Shown: positions 11,607-20,616 of the stretch, in pieces
Position numbering within the stretch: the stretch's first letter is position 1
Layout: every line of letters begins with the position of its first letter
From: a virus
DNA: 64,000 nt
Strand: one strand, 5' to 3'
Virus record (IMG/VR): IMGVR_UViG_3300020439_000005
Span: 1-64,000 of that record
Notes under the pieces: generated by a model
The model's database searches: none
What the model was told of the DNA's origin: nothing
What the model saw: only the letters and a program-made list of their open reading frames with translations
Program-made: the position numbers and the translations under genes

Positions 11607-13562
11607 TCATTCAACGTCCTCTAAGTGGGATTCCATTAGCGATTCCCAAAGGGAGTCATTATCCACGTCTGCTGTTTTCAGCATAGTCGTCTTCATCTCC
11701 TCTCGTACTTCTCGCTTCGACGCCAACTTCTCAGTAGCGGTTGATTCCCATGTCTTATCGAACCATGCTTTGCCCGAGAACATTTGCGGTCGGTGTTCGC
11801 TATCCCCTGTGACTTTCCACAACAGGGAAGTCTTGCGGGCGATTGGACGGAAGTACGTAGGAAGGAACAGACTTCTCCAAACTTTCGATTCATCTTTCGT
11901 TCGACAACCGATTGAACGGAGCATGGCTCCTTCGCTCTTACTTAGTGAGCGAACTGAAATCGGAGAGTTGGAGGAAGACAGAACGTCATTGAAGTCAGAG
12001 ATAACGGCAGGTAGGTTATCACGTACGGCCTCTATGAATAGTGGCGTGAGTGCGTATGTATCTAACAGACCTTCTCTTGACTTGACGATTCGATATGTCT
12101 TGCGACCACCACCTCGACCACCACCTCGACTAGCGACTTCAATCAGACCTGCGTCTTCTAATGTCGGCAGGTGCTTATCCTTGATTTGAGATTTAGATAC
12201 TGAGTACGCATGTAGGTTCAGCCATTGTTGGATAGCGTCGATAGTCAGACGCCTCTTTGAGTCGGCCATATTCTGCATTTGGAGAAATGTATTCCATGCG
12301 TCATCGGGCACACCCGATAGGGACGCTCTCAATACTATGTCGCATAATAGAAGTCCAATCACATTATCCTCGATGGACGATAGAATGTATGTACCTGTGT
12401 CGTCGGTCTGTGTTGGTCGTTGCCTACTGTGAAGTAAAGTGACTGCGTCGATTACAGACAGAACCTTAGTGACGTCCCTCTGATGTTGAGCGTTCCGAGC
12501 CGGAAAGAAGTCCGCTAATAAAGGGGCAAATATGTTCCTCACTTTTTGCTTTCTAAGGGAGAGCATAGATGCTTGAAGAATATCTAGTTCGGGATTGACT
12601 GTGAAAGTCTCCGGTCGGGCTTTCGCTATGAGATGATTTTTGACTACATTACCGACCTTATCCGAATTGGACTGTGGAGTCATCAGTAGTTGTCTAGTCA
12701 CCTGCTCCTGTTCTTTTGGATTGCGTGTAGTTAGAGTGATGAATGCAGGTCGACCTCTGATGATGAAATCTCTAGTCTCAATCTCTCCGGTCATCTCGTT
12801 CTTCATCGGAGTTTTCCAAACCAACTCCTTATCGTCGCCGGACATGAGCGGCTTCATGCGCTGAATGAATGCGAACGATTCGTCCTTCTCTAAGACGATG
12901 ATACATTTCCCATCCACATTAACGATGAAGTTCCCATCCTCGTCGACCTCGTCGTAGTCGTACTTGAGAGCCTCACGGGATGCACCCGCTAGTACCATGC
13001 ACATAGATTTGGGGAACCCATTACGTGCGGTTAGAGTCATGTATGTTTTACCGGATGCAGATTGACCAATCATCTCAAGATTGAGCGGTGCATCTGTTTT
13101 ACATGATAGCATGACTAGGAATGTGAGAATGAGATTGGCGTCATCACCGACGAACGGCATGTCTCTTGATTCGTGAAGTATTTTGTTGACTCTGTCGAGC
13201 AACAACTCATCAGCCAATAGAGAATCGACGTCCCTATCTTCTATGTCTGCGTATAGAGTCTCGGCTTCTTTCTTCTCTGCTGAGACAAACTCTCCCGGTT
13301 CGTAATCCCCATCCTTGAGAATGATGCCCGCCTTGAGCATATCCAAAGCGAACGATTCGCTCTTGATTTTACAGTCCTTGGTCAGACGGTTGATACTATA
13401 CTGAGATAGAATGTTCACTTTGCCCCGTGGTTCACCATCGACTGATACGGTGAAGTCCATTCTCCCCTTTGTAGCAGATAGAAAGGTCAACACTACTTCG
13501 TGGTCTAGTTCCTCGATGTGATACACCATGGCGTTCTCTGATGACTGTCTAACGTGTACCAT
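11607..13562 (-). CDS. MCM-like AAA+ replicative helicase with C-terminal winged helix
   Basis: Walker A GQSASGKT, Walker B-like CIIVLEKDE, sensor-1 PAFITLTT, Arg finger VTRQ, sensor-2 QRDVTKVL; wHTH LEDAGLIEV...RKTYRI. Confidence 0.65.
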   Translation of the reverse strand: MVHVRQSSENAMVYHIEELDHEVVLTFLSATKGRMDFTVSVDGEPRGKVNILSQYSINRLTKDCKIKSESFALDMLKAGIILKDGDYEPGEFVSAEKKEAETLYADIEDRDVDSLLADELLLDRVNKILHESRDMPFVGDDANLILTFLVMLSCKTDAPLNLEMIGQSASGKTYMTLTARNGFPKSMCMVLAGASREALKYDYDEVDEDGNFIVNVDGKCIIVLEKDESFAFIQRMKPLMSGDDKELVWKTPMKNEMTGEIETRDFIIRGRPAFITLTTRNPKEQEQVTRQLLMTPQSNSDKVGNVVKNHLIAKARPETFTVNPELDILQASMLSLRKQKVRNIFAPLLADFFPARNAQHQRDVTKVLSVIDAVTLLHSRQRPTQTDDTGTYILSSIEDNVIGLLLCDIVLRASLSGVPDDAWNTFLQMQNMADSKRRLTIDAIQQWLNLHAYSVSKSQIKDKHLPTLEDAGLIEVASRGGGRGGGRKTYRIVKSREGLLDTYALTPLFIEAVRDNLPAVISDFNDVLSSSNSPISVRSLSKSEGAMLRSIGCRTKDESKVWRSLFLPTYFRPIARKTSLLWKVTGDSEHRPQMFSGKAWFDKTWESTATEKLASKREVREEMKTTMLKTADVDNDSLWESLMESHLEDVE

Positions 13563-13580
13563 GACTCTCCTCTCCTTCCC

Positions 13581-13594
13581 CCCACCGTATTAAG
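13581..13594 (-). promoter_or_regulatory. Class B promoter
   Basis: CTTAATACGGTGGG, 18 nt to ATG 13562. Confidence 0.55.
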
Positions 13595-13868
13595 GACTGA
13601 CGTCAGACCTCCACTTAGTCTCCGGTGGGAATTGTGATACTAGGGACCAATACAACCCGCAGTCATTGTCTCCACATATTACTACTGAGTTCGGCCACAT
13701 ATTGCCGGGTCCGAGAGCCATGGCGTCGACCGGACCTTTGCGTTTACAGTTAGGACACTCGGGTAGAGTGTACAGACCTACTACATCACACTCACGTGCG
13801 GGTTGTTGGTCAGTTGAAGGAGCCAATACCTTGTTTGGTATCGTCCTATTCAGAAGATAGCGAGTCAT
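13590..13868 (-). CDS. Small zinc-ribbon protein
   Basis: CPNC...CGDNDC. Confidence 0.6.
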   Translation of the reverse strand: MTRYLLNRTIPNKVLAPSTDQQPARECDVVGLYTLPECPNCKRKGPVDAMALGPGNMWPNSVVICGDNDCGLYWSLVSQFPPETKWRSDVSP

Positions 13869-14239
13869 TTCTCATCCTCCTCGGTGAAGTTCTCGTAGAA
13901 CCATTTGTCTAGTTCACTACGGGTGCGCTTACTTACCGAAGAATAATCTCGGGTATGCTCAGTTCTTTTGGAATACCAATCATCATGATTTTGCTTCAAC
14001 TGTTCGTAGTATCTATCATGGAACAGAATCCACTTAGTCATCAGAGAATCATGAACGAATCCTAGTTTTTGATATTGATTATTTACCCTATTCCAAAGAC
14101 TTTCAGCGTTTTTGTAAACAGGTTCCCCCTCGGGATGCAATACAAAACACATGACGGCTTTTGCTGATTTCAACTCCTTCTCAAAGTTAGGATGCCGCAA
14201 CTCGAATCGTGTTCGTTTTGCTATCATGGCCCTACTCAT
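13865..14239 (-). CDS. Hypothetical protein
   Basis: ORF; ATG 14239 overlaps the helicase stop. Confidence 0.6.
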   Translation of the reverse strand: MSRAMIAKRTRFELRHPNFEKELKSAKAVMCFVLHPEGEPVYKNAESLWNRVNNQYQKLGFVHDSLMTKWILFHDRYYEQLKQNHDDWYSKRTEHTRDYSSVSKRTRSELDKWFYENFTEEDEK

Positions 14240-15975
14240 GCTACGTGCCTCCTTAACCAACTAGGCATTTCCTTGATGTTCTGTCGGAACCACGAAGGAA
14301 GAAGCCCTGCATTCATTCGTTGAAATCTAGCCCACGATGAATCGAGAATGAAGATGTGTCCTTTGTCTGTTGGTGAACGAACGATACGACCTGCACCTTG
14401 TACAATAGTCAAGGCGGTTTGGAGATTGTACCACTTCTTACAGGGAGCGGGACAACCGAACGAGCCACACATGCCGTTGCTATACTTACTCGGGGGTTCG
14501 TACGGACAGTCGGGTCCTCCTTCGTGTTTGGCCCTCCACGCATGCTCGTCCTCCATTAGTCGTGTCGAGATAACAGGGTCGACCACGGGTAGGTATGGCA
14601 CTTTACAGAGAACCAACCACTCGGCTAGTTTGCCTTTGAAGTCGAATCCCTCGTTAACGTATGTTGAGATGAGGACTAGGTCGTCACGCTCGCTAGTCAT
14701 GAAATAATCGAGAGCGGCGTCGCGTCCCCCTGCATCCGAGTCATGCGTCACTATTCTATCCTCAAAGCCCGCCGCCTTGAGTCCTTCGACTAATGCCTTG
14801 CGTATGTAATGAGAATGTGGGAGTACGACTCCACGCTTGTTTGGAAATCTCTCCATGATTCCCTTAATGGCTTTGACTTGTTTTGGTATGGTCGTGTCTC
14901 TTTTGGAATACGACATAGAACCAACGGGGCAATAGTGAATGTTGAAGCAGTCTTTCGGGAATGGACTTTCAGTCACGTTGATGTACAGAGTCTTTTGATT
15001 CTCTAGTCCCATCGACTGTACGAACGTATCGACATCGAGTATAGTAGCCGAGAGGAAGATTCTCTTTCGGGCCACTCGCTCCAACATTTCTTCTGCATAG
15101 TCCTTCACACGAACGGGGTTGAACTCAACATACCTACCCGCTCTATTCGAGTCGAGTTTGACGACTAGATTTTTGGCGTTTTGAAGCAGAGTGAGAACCA
15201 TGCTTCCTTTCTCTAGTAAACTACGGAATGCCTTAATGTTGGAGTCATTCTCCTCGTCTTCGGCAAGTTTGAGATGTGCTTCGGCTGAGTTAACGAAGTC
15301 CTTGATGTCGTCCAACCAATCTGCGGCATGGTAGTGCATAGGGAAGTTCCACTTTGGACCATGGACCTTAGCCCAATCCCTCTGAGTTATTCTAGTTCCG
15401 AGAAGGTCGAGGAGAAATTGCTCCATCCTATGAGCCTCGTCGATGATTGCGAAGTCCCTTTGCTCAAACCGTGGGTCTCCCTGTATGACTCTAAAGAGAT
15501 AAGCCGGATTGGATAGCGTCACCCGTGAGTCGGCGGCGGCGAACTTCTGCTCGTAGTACGGACAGGGGTCGGCCTCCTTTGAGTGAGGACAGGAGCCGCC
15601 TCGCTTCGTCCAACAGGGGGCACCGTCGGCGGTCCCGCTCTTTATCCAACAGGGGAAGTTGGAGCGACCTCTTACCTCCTTTACCACGTGCCCGTAGTCA
15701 GCCATATACTGAGAAGCGAGACCGAGGCTTGGAGTTAGAAGGTAGGCGGATTGGAACTGTGCTTGAACGGTCATGGCTATGGCTGATTTCCCTATTCCGG
15801 TAGGTGCCTGTATCACGATGTTATCGAAGTCATCCCGCTCTAAGGCATGATAGATGACGGATAGTGTCTCCGACTGATATTTTCTAGGAGAGGGCATTGG
15901 GAAGTCTTCTCGTATCTCATCCCACTTATCCGGCAGTTTAGCCTTGGTTGGAATGTTGATGCGGACGACGGCCAT
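14236..15975 (-). CDS. SF2 DinG/XPD(Rad3)-family Fe-S helicase
   Basis: QAPTGIGKS, GRSNFPC..C..C..CPY, IIDEAH, LSATI, EGFDF, QGAGRIVRS; ATG 15975 is 16 nt from a class B element. Confidence 0.9.
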   Translation of the reverse strand: MAVVRINIPTKAKLPDKWDEIREDFPMPSPRKYQSETLSVIYHALERDDFDNIVIQAPTGIGKSAIAMTVQAQFQSAYLLTPSLGLASQYMADYGHVVKEVRGRSNFPCWIKSGTADGAPCWTKRGGSCPHSKEADPCPYYEQKFAAADSRVTLSNPAYLFRVIQGDPRFEQRDFAIIDEAHRMEQFLLDLLGTRITQRDWAKVHGPKWNFPMHYHAADWLDDIKDFVNSAEAHLKLAEDEENDSNIKAFRSLLEKGSMVLTLLQNAKNLVVKLDSNRAGRYVEFNPVRVKDYAEEMLERVARKRIFLSATILDVDTFVQSMGLENQKTLYINVTESPFPKDCFNIHYCPVGSMSYSKRDTTIPKQVKAIKGIMERFPNKRGVVLPHSHYIRKALVEGLKAAGFEDRIVTHDSDAGGRDAALDYFMTSERDDLVLISTYVNEGFDFKGKLAEWLVLCKVPYLPVVDPVISTRLMEDEHAWRAKHEGGPDCPYEPPSKYSNGMCGSFGCPAPCKKWYNLQTALTIVQGAGRIVRSPTDKGHIFILDSSWARFQRMNAGLLPSWFRQNIKEMPSWLRRHVA

Positions 15976-15991
15976 GATACTCAGTCGTGTC

Positions 15992-16006
15992 CTCACCTTC
16001 TTAATG
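15992..16006 (-). promoter_or_regulatory. Class B promoter (helicase)
   Basis: CATTAAGAAGGTGAG, 16 nt to ATG 15975. Confidence 0.6.
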
Positions 16007-16109
16007 TGGTGCGTCAGAGGAGGGGCCTATGAACGGGAAAAGATGTTAACAAAACCCACCGAGACAAACCCCTCCTCCGACGACTTGTTGAAGGTAATAA
16101 TGCCTCGGC
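16006..16109 (-). ncRNA. Putative pseudoknotted small RNA, copy 1
   Basis: S1 GCCGAGGCA/UGUCUCGGU and S2 CGUCGGAGGAGGGG/CCCCUCCUCUGACG; G-U wobbles only on the minus strand; own promoter 16 nt upstream. Confidence 0.7.
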
Positions 16110-16125
16110 AAATTGACCTATCACT

Positions 16126-16140
16126 CTCACCTATCTAAAG
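16126..16140 (-). promoter_or_regulatory. Class B promoter for ncRNA copy 1
   Basis: CTTTAGATAGGTGAG, exactly 16 nt before G16109. Confidence 0.55.
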
Positions 16141-16158
16141 GGAGCGGTATGATTTCGA

Positions 16159-16257
16159 GTGTTGCGCCGGAGGATGGGCGATATGTCGGGCAAATACACG
16201 AAACCCCACCAACGGGCACCCATCCTCCGACGACTTGCGAAGGTAAACCCCGTTGGC
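16159..16257 (-). ncRNA. Putative pseudoknotted small RNA, copy 2
   Basis: S1 GCCAACGGG/CCCGUUGGU and S2 CGUCGGAGGAUGGG/CCCAUCCUCCGGCG; compensatory changes relative to copy 1. Confidence 0.7.
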
Positions 16258-16273
16258 GAGTCGTCCTCTGACT

Positions 16274-16287
16274 CCCACCTATTTTAC
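16274..16287 (-). promoter_or_regulatory. Class B promoter for ncRNA copy 2
   Basis: GTAAAATAGGTGGG, exactly 16 nt before G16257. Confidence 0.55.
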
Positions 16288-16288
16288 T

Positions 16289-16672
16289 TCAACGGTTAGC
16301 CCAATAGGTACGACAGTCGTACTGAGCGGTCAGACCGACTTCGGTGGCCGCTCTTTCTAGTTCGCTGAGAAGGTCAATACAACCACATTCACATGAATGG
16401 CTACCGAGACTCGTCACGTGAGGGACTTCGATTTTAGCGATATAGAATGTGTCCGGCCAAGATTGGCGAGTGTTATTTCTCCATACAGTCTGCTTCTCAA
16501 TTAGTCCTCTGTCGATTCCCTTAGCGACCATTGGTCTAACTGTTTGGTTGTTGATGCGACACCATGAGTACGTAGCGTTGTCCGGTACGTACGTCCATGG
16601 TAGTTCGATTTGCTCCGTGGTAGGTAAAGATTGGATTTCCTCTATGATTTCTGCGATTGGTCTTGTTGCCAT
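16289..16672 (-). CDS. Hypothetical protein (class A promoter)
   Basis: ATG 22 nt downstream of the TATA box. Confidence 0.7.
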   Translation of the reverse strand: MATRPIAEIIEEIQSLPTTEQIELPWTYVPDNATYSWCRINNQTVRPMVAKGIDRGLIEKQTVWRNNTRQSWPDTFYIAKIEVPHVTSLGSHSCECGCIDLLSELERAATEVGLTAQYDCRTYWANR

Positions 16673-16694
16673 GTTTAAGCGGAGGGGGTTCCAC

Positions 16695-16718
16695 TATATA
16701 ACATGTATGTTTTGTGAA
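16695..16718 (-). promoter_or_regulatory. Class A promoter
   Basis: TTCACAAAACATACATGTTATATA, identical to 21047-21070. Confidence 0.8.
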
Positions 16719-16898
16719 ATGAATTATGATTATGACCAATATCTTGTACTACATACAGAGTTCTTGTGTGTGTGTGCCTGTAAGGGGTATTGAATTGGTT
16801 TTATTTCCGGTAGCCCCGTAGGGGCTAATGATGAGGGCTTTTCTTCGACGTATGACTTTCTAACTATATATCGGTGCAAAACCAATATGAAAAGTCAA

Positions 16899-18710
16899 TC
16901 AATTCAGACTCGAATTAGTCGCCATTCTGATAGTCGATGCTATGTCCGGCGGTGCCCTTCCAACTGTTATCGTCATAACAGAATCCATGACTCCGAAGTC
17001 CCAACCGATTGAGAATATCTCCTGTCGTCCGGCGAGACCACCATCAACAGATGCAAAGTCGATTATATCTCCGACTCTCATATCGAATCTCTCGGGCAAG
17101 CCCTCAACTATCCATTGACTGTATGCGATACCCTGTCGCATCAATATCTGTCGTGCTAGAGTCTCGGCATGTGCTTGAGTTGAGACGTTCTCATCCTTGA
17201 AGTATTTAGAGACCGCTCGACCTTGGTGGTTCAGAGATACTGTGGCCGTTATCGTTCCGTCTTTATTCTCGACAGTCACCGTGTTAAAGAAATCACTATC
17301 ATTGGTCACACGTTCTACCATGGTTGGGTAGAAATCCTGTGGTACTGATGTTCTCGGTATTCGACCTGCAACATAAGGAGTCAAAGTCGAATCGTGGAGT
17401 TCCCGCTTTTCTGCCACGTTGATGTACCCGTACGCATCTGCGTAGATTTGATATTGCCTCGGTGCTGAGTTTACGTAATTCAAAACACTTTGAATTGCTT
17501 GTAGTCTAGTCTTGCCTTTGTACTTCAAACCGACAGGAATAGTGAACGGAAGTTCGGCCATCATTCTACCTATTGGTGGTTTGTAGGATGAGTCGGCTAC
17601 TATCTCTTTGATTAGTGAGGCTATGTTGCCTACACCTGCTGAAAGTTCCTCTGTAATGTATTCGTTCGCCAAGAATCCTAGGGCGTCCATGCAAGTCAGT
17701 TTGATTTCATCAGACGTCTCCTCGATGCCCGATACAAAGCCGGTGAATATCAATGGAGGGTTCGACCACATTCTCGGGGCCAAGTAAACTTGGATTGTTT
17801 CACCTAACGATGCTACGCCGCTCCTTCGACCTGCAACAGAAGATACAGTTATCGACAAAGTTCGAGGTGAGTTCATTTCCTCCTTTGAGGTGATTTTCCT
17901 AACTCCATGTAAGGGCCTACTTCCATTCAGCATTACAGTTGGTTGCCTTGGTGTTGCTTCATCTTCGGCTATTTGACCGTAGATTGTACGACCCATTACC
18001 TGTCGTGAACGTACGAAGAATACCTTGTGAGGCCAATTATTCCTTAGATTGCCTAGTTGGAATTGTCTAGGTCTGTTCATCCATTGGAGACCCTCGGGGT
18101 TCCAACCACCATTCGAGTACCCTAACTTGCCTAGGTTGAAGGTCGGGTTTGGAAGGACGCTCGTAGGATAGTTCCCTTCGGTGGGTCCGGTGGTGAATGC
18201 AAAACCCCCACGTGGACCACCACCACGACGAGAAGTCAAATCGTATTGGTCGGGGAAGATGCTAGCCGTTGTATAGAGATAGCCGAACCCATCGTCTGCT
18301 CCTGTGTACCCATCATGTAGGTGCGGGTCGAATGGCTTAGGTGATGCTAGGTTAGTGTAGCAGTACGTCTTAGGTCCGGTGGTTCTCCATATATCAGTCC
18401 CTTGGTTGGGGTGGAGAATCAACCCTAGACCGAAGTCATTTGGATAGTGTGCGGGTCGGTTGATGTCTTCCTTATCTTGAGGGGTCATAGCGTGTTCGAC
18501 TTCTGCATCTTTACTGCGGAAGTTCATCCATTGTACTTCGGCCCACGTCCTAGATACAAAACGTGCTATTGCGGTCCTAGGACGACGTGGGTCCTCGGAT
18601 AATTCGTCAACATAAGATGCTAAACTCTCGGGTGGCGTGATGACGTATTCATCGTCGTTAGGGTGCCTAACAATGCGAGTATATCGCTCATTCTCGTCGC
18701 TCACGTCCAA
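16899..18710 (-). CDS. Tail/baseplate hub-like structural protein
   Basis: IFTGFVSGIEE..IKLTCMDALG and C-terminal VGDIIDF...QEIFSIGW are typical of tail hub proteins; at the end of the tail gene cluster. Confidence 0.6.
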   Translation of the reverse strand: MDVSDENERYTRIVRHPNDDEYVITPPESLASYVDELSEDPRRPRTAIARFVSRTWAEVQWMNFRSKDAEVEHAMTPQDKEDINRPAHYPNDFGLGLILHPNQGTDIWRTTGPKTYCYTNLASPKPFDPHLHDGYTGADDGFGYLYTTASIFPDQYDLTSRRGGGPRGGFAFTTGPTEGNYPTSVLPNPTFNLGKLGYSNGGWNPEGLQWMNRPRQFQLGNLRNNWPHKVFFVRSRQVMGRTIYGQIAEDEATPRQPTVMLNGSRPLHGVRKITSKEEMNSPRTLSITVSSVAGRRSGVASLGETIQVYLAPRMWSNPPLIFTGFVSGIEETSDEIKLTCMDALGFLANEYITEELSAGVGNIASLIKEIVADSSYKPPIGRMMAELPFTIPVGLKYKGKTRLQAIQSVLNYVNSAPRQYQIYADAYGYINVAEKRELHDSTLTPYVAGRIPRTSVPQDFYPTMVERVTNDSDFFNTVTVENKDGTITATVSLNHQGRAVSKYFKDENVSTQAHAETLARQILMRQGIAYSQWIVEGLPERFDMRVGDIIDFASVDGGLAGRQEIFSIGWDFGVMDSVMTITVGRAPPDIASTIRMATNSSLN

Positions 18711-18772
18711 TCCACGTCATTAACAGGCTATTGACCGTATGCTTCATAGGGCGTGTCGGTATCGAACCGTTT

Positions 18773-19045
18773 GTGAGAGTTCTCAAGCCGGAGAAGGGAT
18801 ATTGCTTAGTTAGACGATGGGTACCCGAACAGACTACTACATCGGGTGTGATAATACAGGATGACGCCGCCTCATACGGCTTCGGTGTTATTGATGCAAT
18901 TAACCCCGATGGAGGCCGAGAATACGACGTAGGCACCATTGTTTTGATAGCAAGTGATAAAGGAACTCCCGTTCAATGGAACGGTAATGTATGTCTCATG
19001 GTTAAGATATACGACATAATAGGAACCGTGGAGGAATCAGAATGA
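18773..19045 (+). CDS. groES: Co-chaperonin GroES (Cpn10)
   Basis: LKPEKGYCLV..EQTTTSGVII..VGTIV..DIIGTVE; overlaps groEL start; likely GTG start at 18773. Confidence 0.8.
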   Translation: MRVLKPEKGYCLVRRWVPEQTTTSGVIIQDDAASYGFGVIDAINPDGGREYDVGTIVLIASDKGTPVQWNGNVCLMVKIYDIIGTVEESE

Positions 19046-20616
19046 AGCGTTCGATATTTGGAGAAGAAGCAAGAGAAGCATTGATGCGAGGAATAGACGA
19101 AGTCGCTAACTCAGTAAAACCAACACTAGGACCTGCGGCTCGTACTGTTATACTAGAGAGGCAGTATGGTTCTCCTATCGTCATCAACGACGGTGTGACT
19201 ATTGCCAAGGACATAGATATGAAAGAGGACCCGTATGCTAATCTCGGTGTTCGCTTGATTCAAGAAGCCGCAAGCAAGGCTCAAGATAACGCAGGTGATG
19301 GTACTACTACTGCGTCGATACTAACTCAGTCTCTATGTACGAAGGGGTTAGCCGAGATGAAGACAGGTAGGAATCCAATCCATATCAAAAAGGGATTCGA
19401 TAAGGCGGTCGAAATTGCAGTAAAGGCGATTGAAGACGCATCTCAAGATGTCGACGACGAATCTTTGGTACACGTTGCTACTATCGCCGCCAACAATGAT
19501 GAGATGATTGGTGGTTTGATTGCCGAGGCTTTCGGCAAGGTCGGTCGAGATGGAATCGTCTCGATTGAAGAATCGAACGGTCTCGATACGACGCTCGAAG
19601 TTGTAGATGGTTTGGAGTTTACTAAGGGTCTCCTTAGCCCACACTTCCTCACCGATGAGGAAAAACAAATCTCGATTTTGAAGAATCCGTTGATTTTGAT
19701 TACAGATGAACACATCAAACACGCTCAAGAGATTGTTGATGTTCTGAATTATTCTGCTGAGATGAAAAGACCATTACTCATCGTAGCGGCTAAACTCGAA
19801 GGAGAAGCACTTGCTACACTCGCTTTGAATGCCACACGTGGCGTCCTTGAAGTCGCCGCAGTTGAGGCTCCTTCCTTTGGTAATTCACGTGAAGAAATCC
19901 TCACCGATATTGCTACGGTCGTTGGTGCAGTTCCTATTTTTGCTAGCAAGGGAATGTCGACACAACGGAACGGCATAGAGTCGCTAGGTCGTGCTAGTAC
20001 GGTCAAATGCTCCATGAAGCGAACTACAATAGTCGGTGGAGCAGGTGTTGATTCTGATATTAAGAAAAGACAGGAGGCTTTGATTGCTCAGTCGAAAGAG
20101 GCTGAGACTGATTGGGAAGCCGAGGCTCTGCGAGCAAGAGCGGGCAAGATTTCCGGTGGAGTAGCGGTACTACATATCGGTGGTAAAACAGAAGCCGAGA
20201 TGAGGGAGCGTGTGGCACGTGTCGACGATTCTCTGAATGCTACTAGAGCGGCCCTGCAAGAGGGAATAGTGCCGGGTGGTTCTATCATGTACCTACGTGC
20301 TAGGGATGAGATTCTTGATGCCTCAGATGATGCCGAAGGGGACGTTTGGTTGGGTATGATGATGGTTCACGATGCCTTGAGCGAACCGTTCCATCAGTTA
20401 TGCTACAATGCAGGTGTCGACGGCTCAGAGGCTTTGGATAAGGTCGTCGAGATGAACGACCCTACATACGGTCTGAATGCTAAGACGCTAGAGTACGGAG
20501 ACCTGCTAGAACAGGGAGTCATAGACCCTGCGAAGGTCGTCAAGAACTCACTAGAGACTGCGGCGTCAATAGCGGGTCTCGTATTGACCACCGAAGTTCT
20601 AGTCGCTGAGGACTAG
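19042..20616 (+). CDS. groEL: Group I chaperonin GroEL (Cpn60)
   Basis: TLGP, NDGVTIAK, AGDGTTT, EGIVPGG, GVIDPAKV motifs. Confidence 0.97.
   Translation: MKRSIFGEEAREALMRGIDEVANSVKPTLGPAARTVILERQYGSPIVINDGVTIAKDIDMKEDPYANLGVRLIQEAASKAQDNAGDGTTTASILTQSLCTKGLAEMKTGRNPIHIKKGFDKAVEIAVKAIEDASQDVDDESLVHVATIAANNDEMIGGLIAEAFGKVGRDGIVSIEESNGLDTTLEVVDGLEFTKGLLSPHFLTDEEKQISILKNPLILITDEHIKHAQEIVDVLNYSAEMKRPLLIVAAKLEGEALATLALNATRGVLEVAAVEAPSFGNSREEILTDIATVVGAVPIFASKGMSTQRNGIESLGRASTVKCSMKRTTIVGGAGVDSDIKKRQEALIAQSKEAETDWEAEALRARAGKISGGVAVLHIGGKTEAEMRERVARVDDSLNATRAALQEGIVPGGSIMYLRARDEILDASDDAEGDVWLGMMMVHDALSEPFHQLCYNAGVDGSEALDKVVEMNDPTYGLNAKTLEYGDLLEQGVIDPAKVVKNSLETAASIAGLVLTTEVLVAED

Noticed and set aside
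16006-16287. CRISPR mini-array, tRNA genes or canonical HDV/theta ribozyme
   Set aside because: Only two diverged units and no repeat-spacer pattern; no cloverleaf or GTTCRA T-loop; no P3/L3 between P2 and the P1 3' strand as HDV folds require
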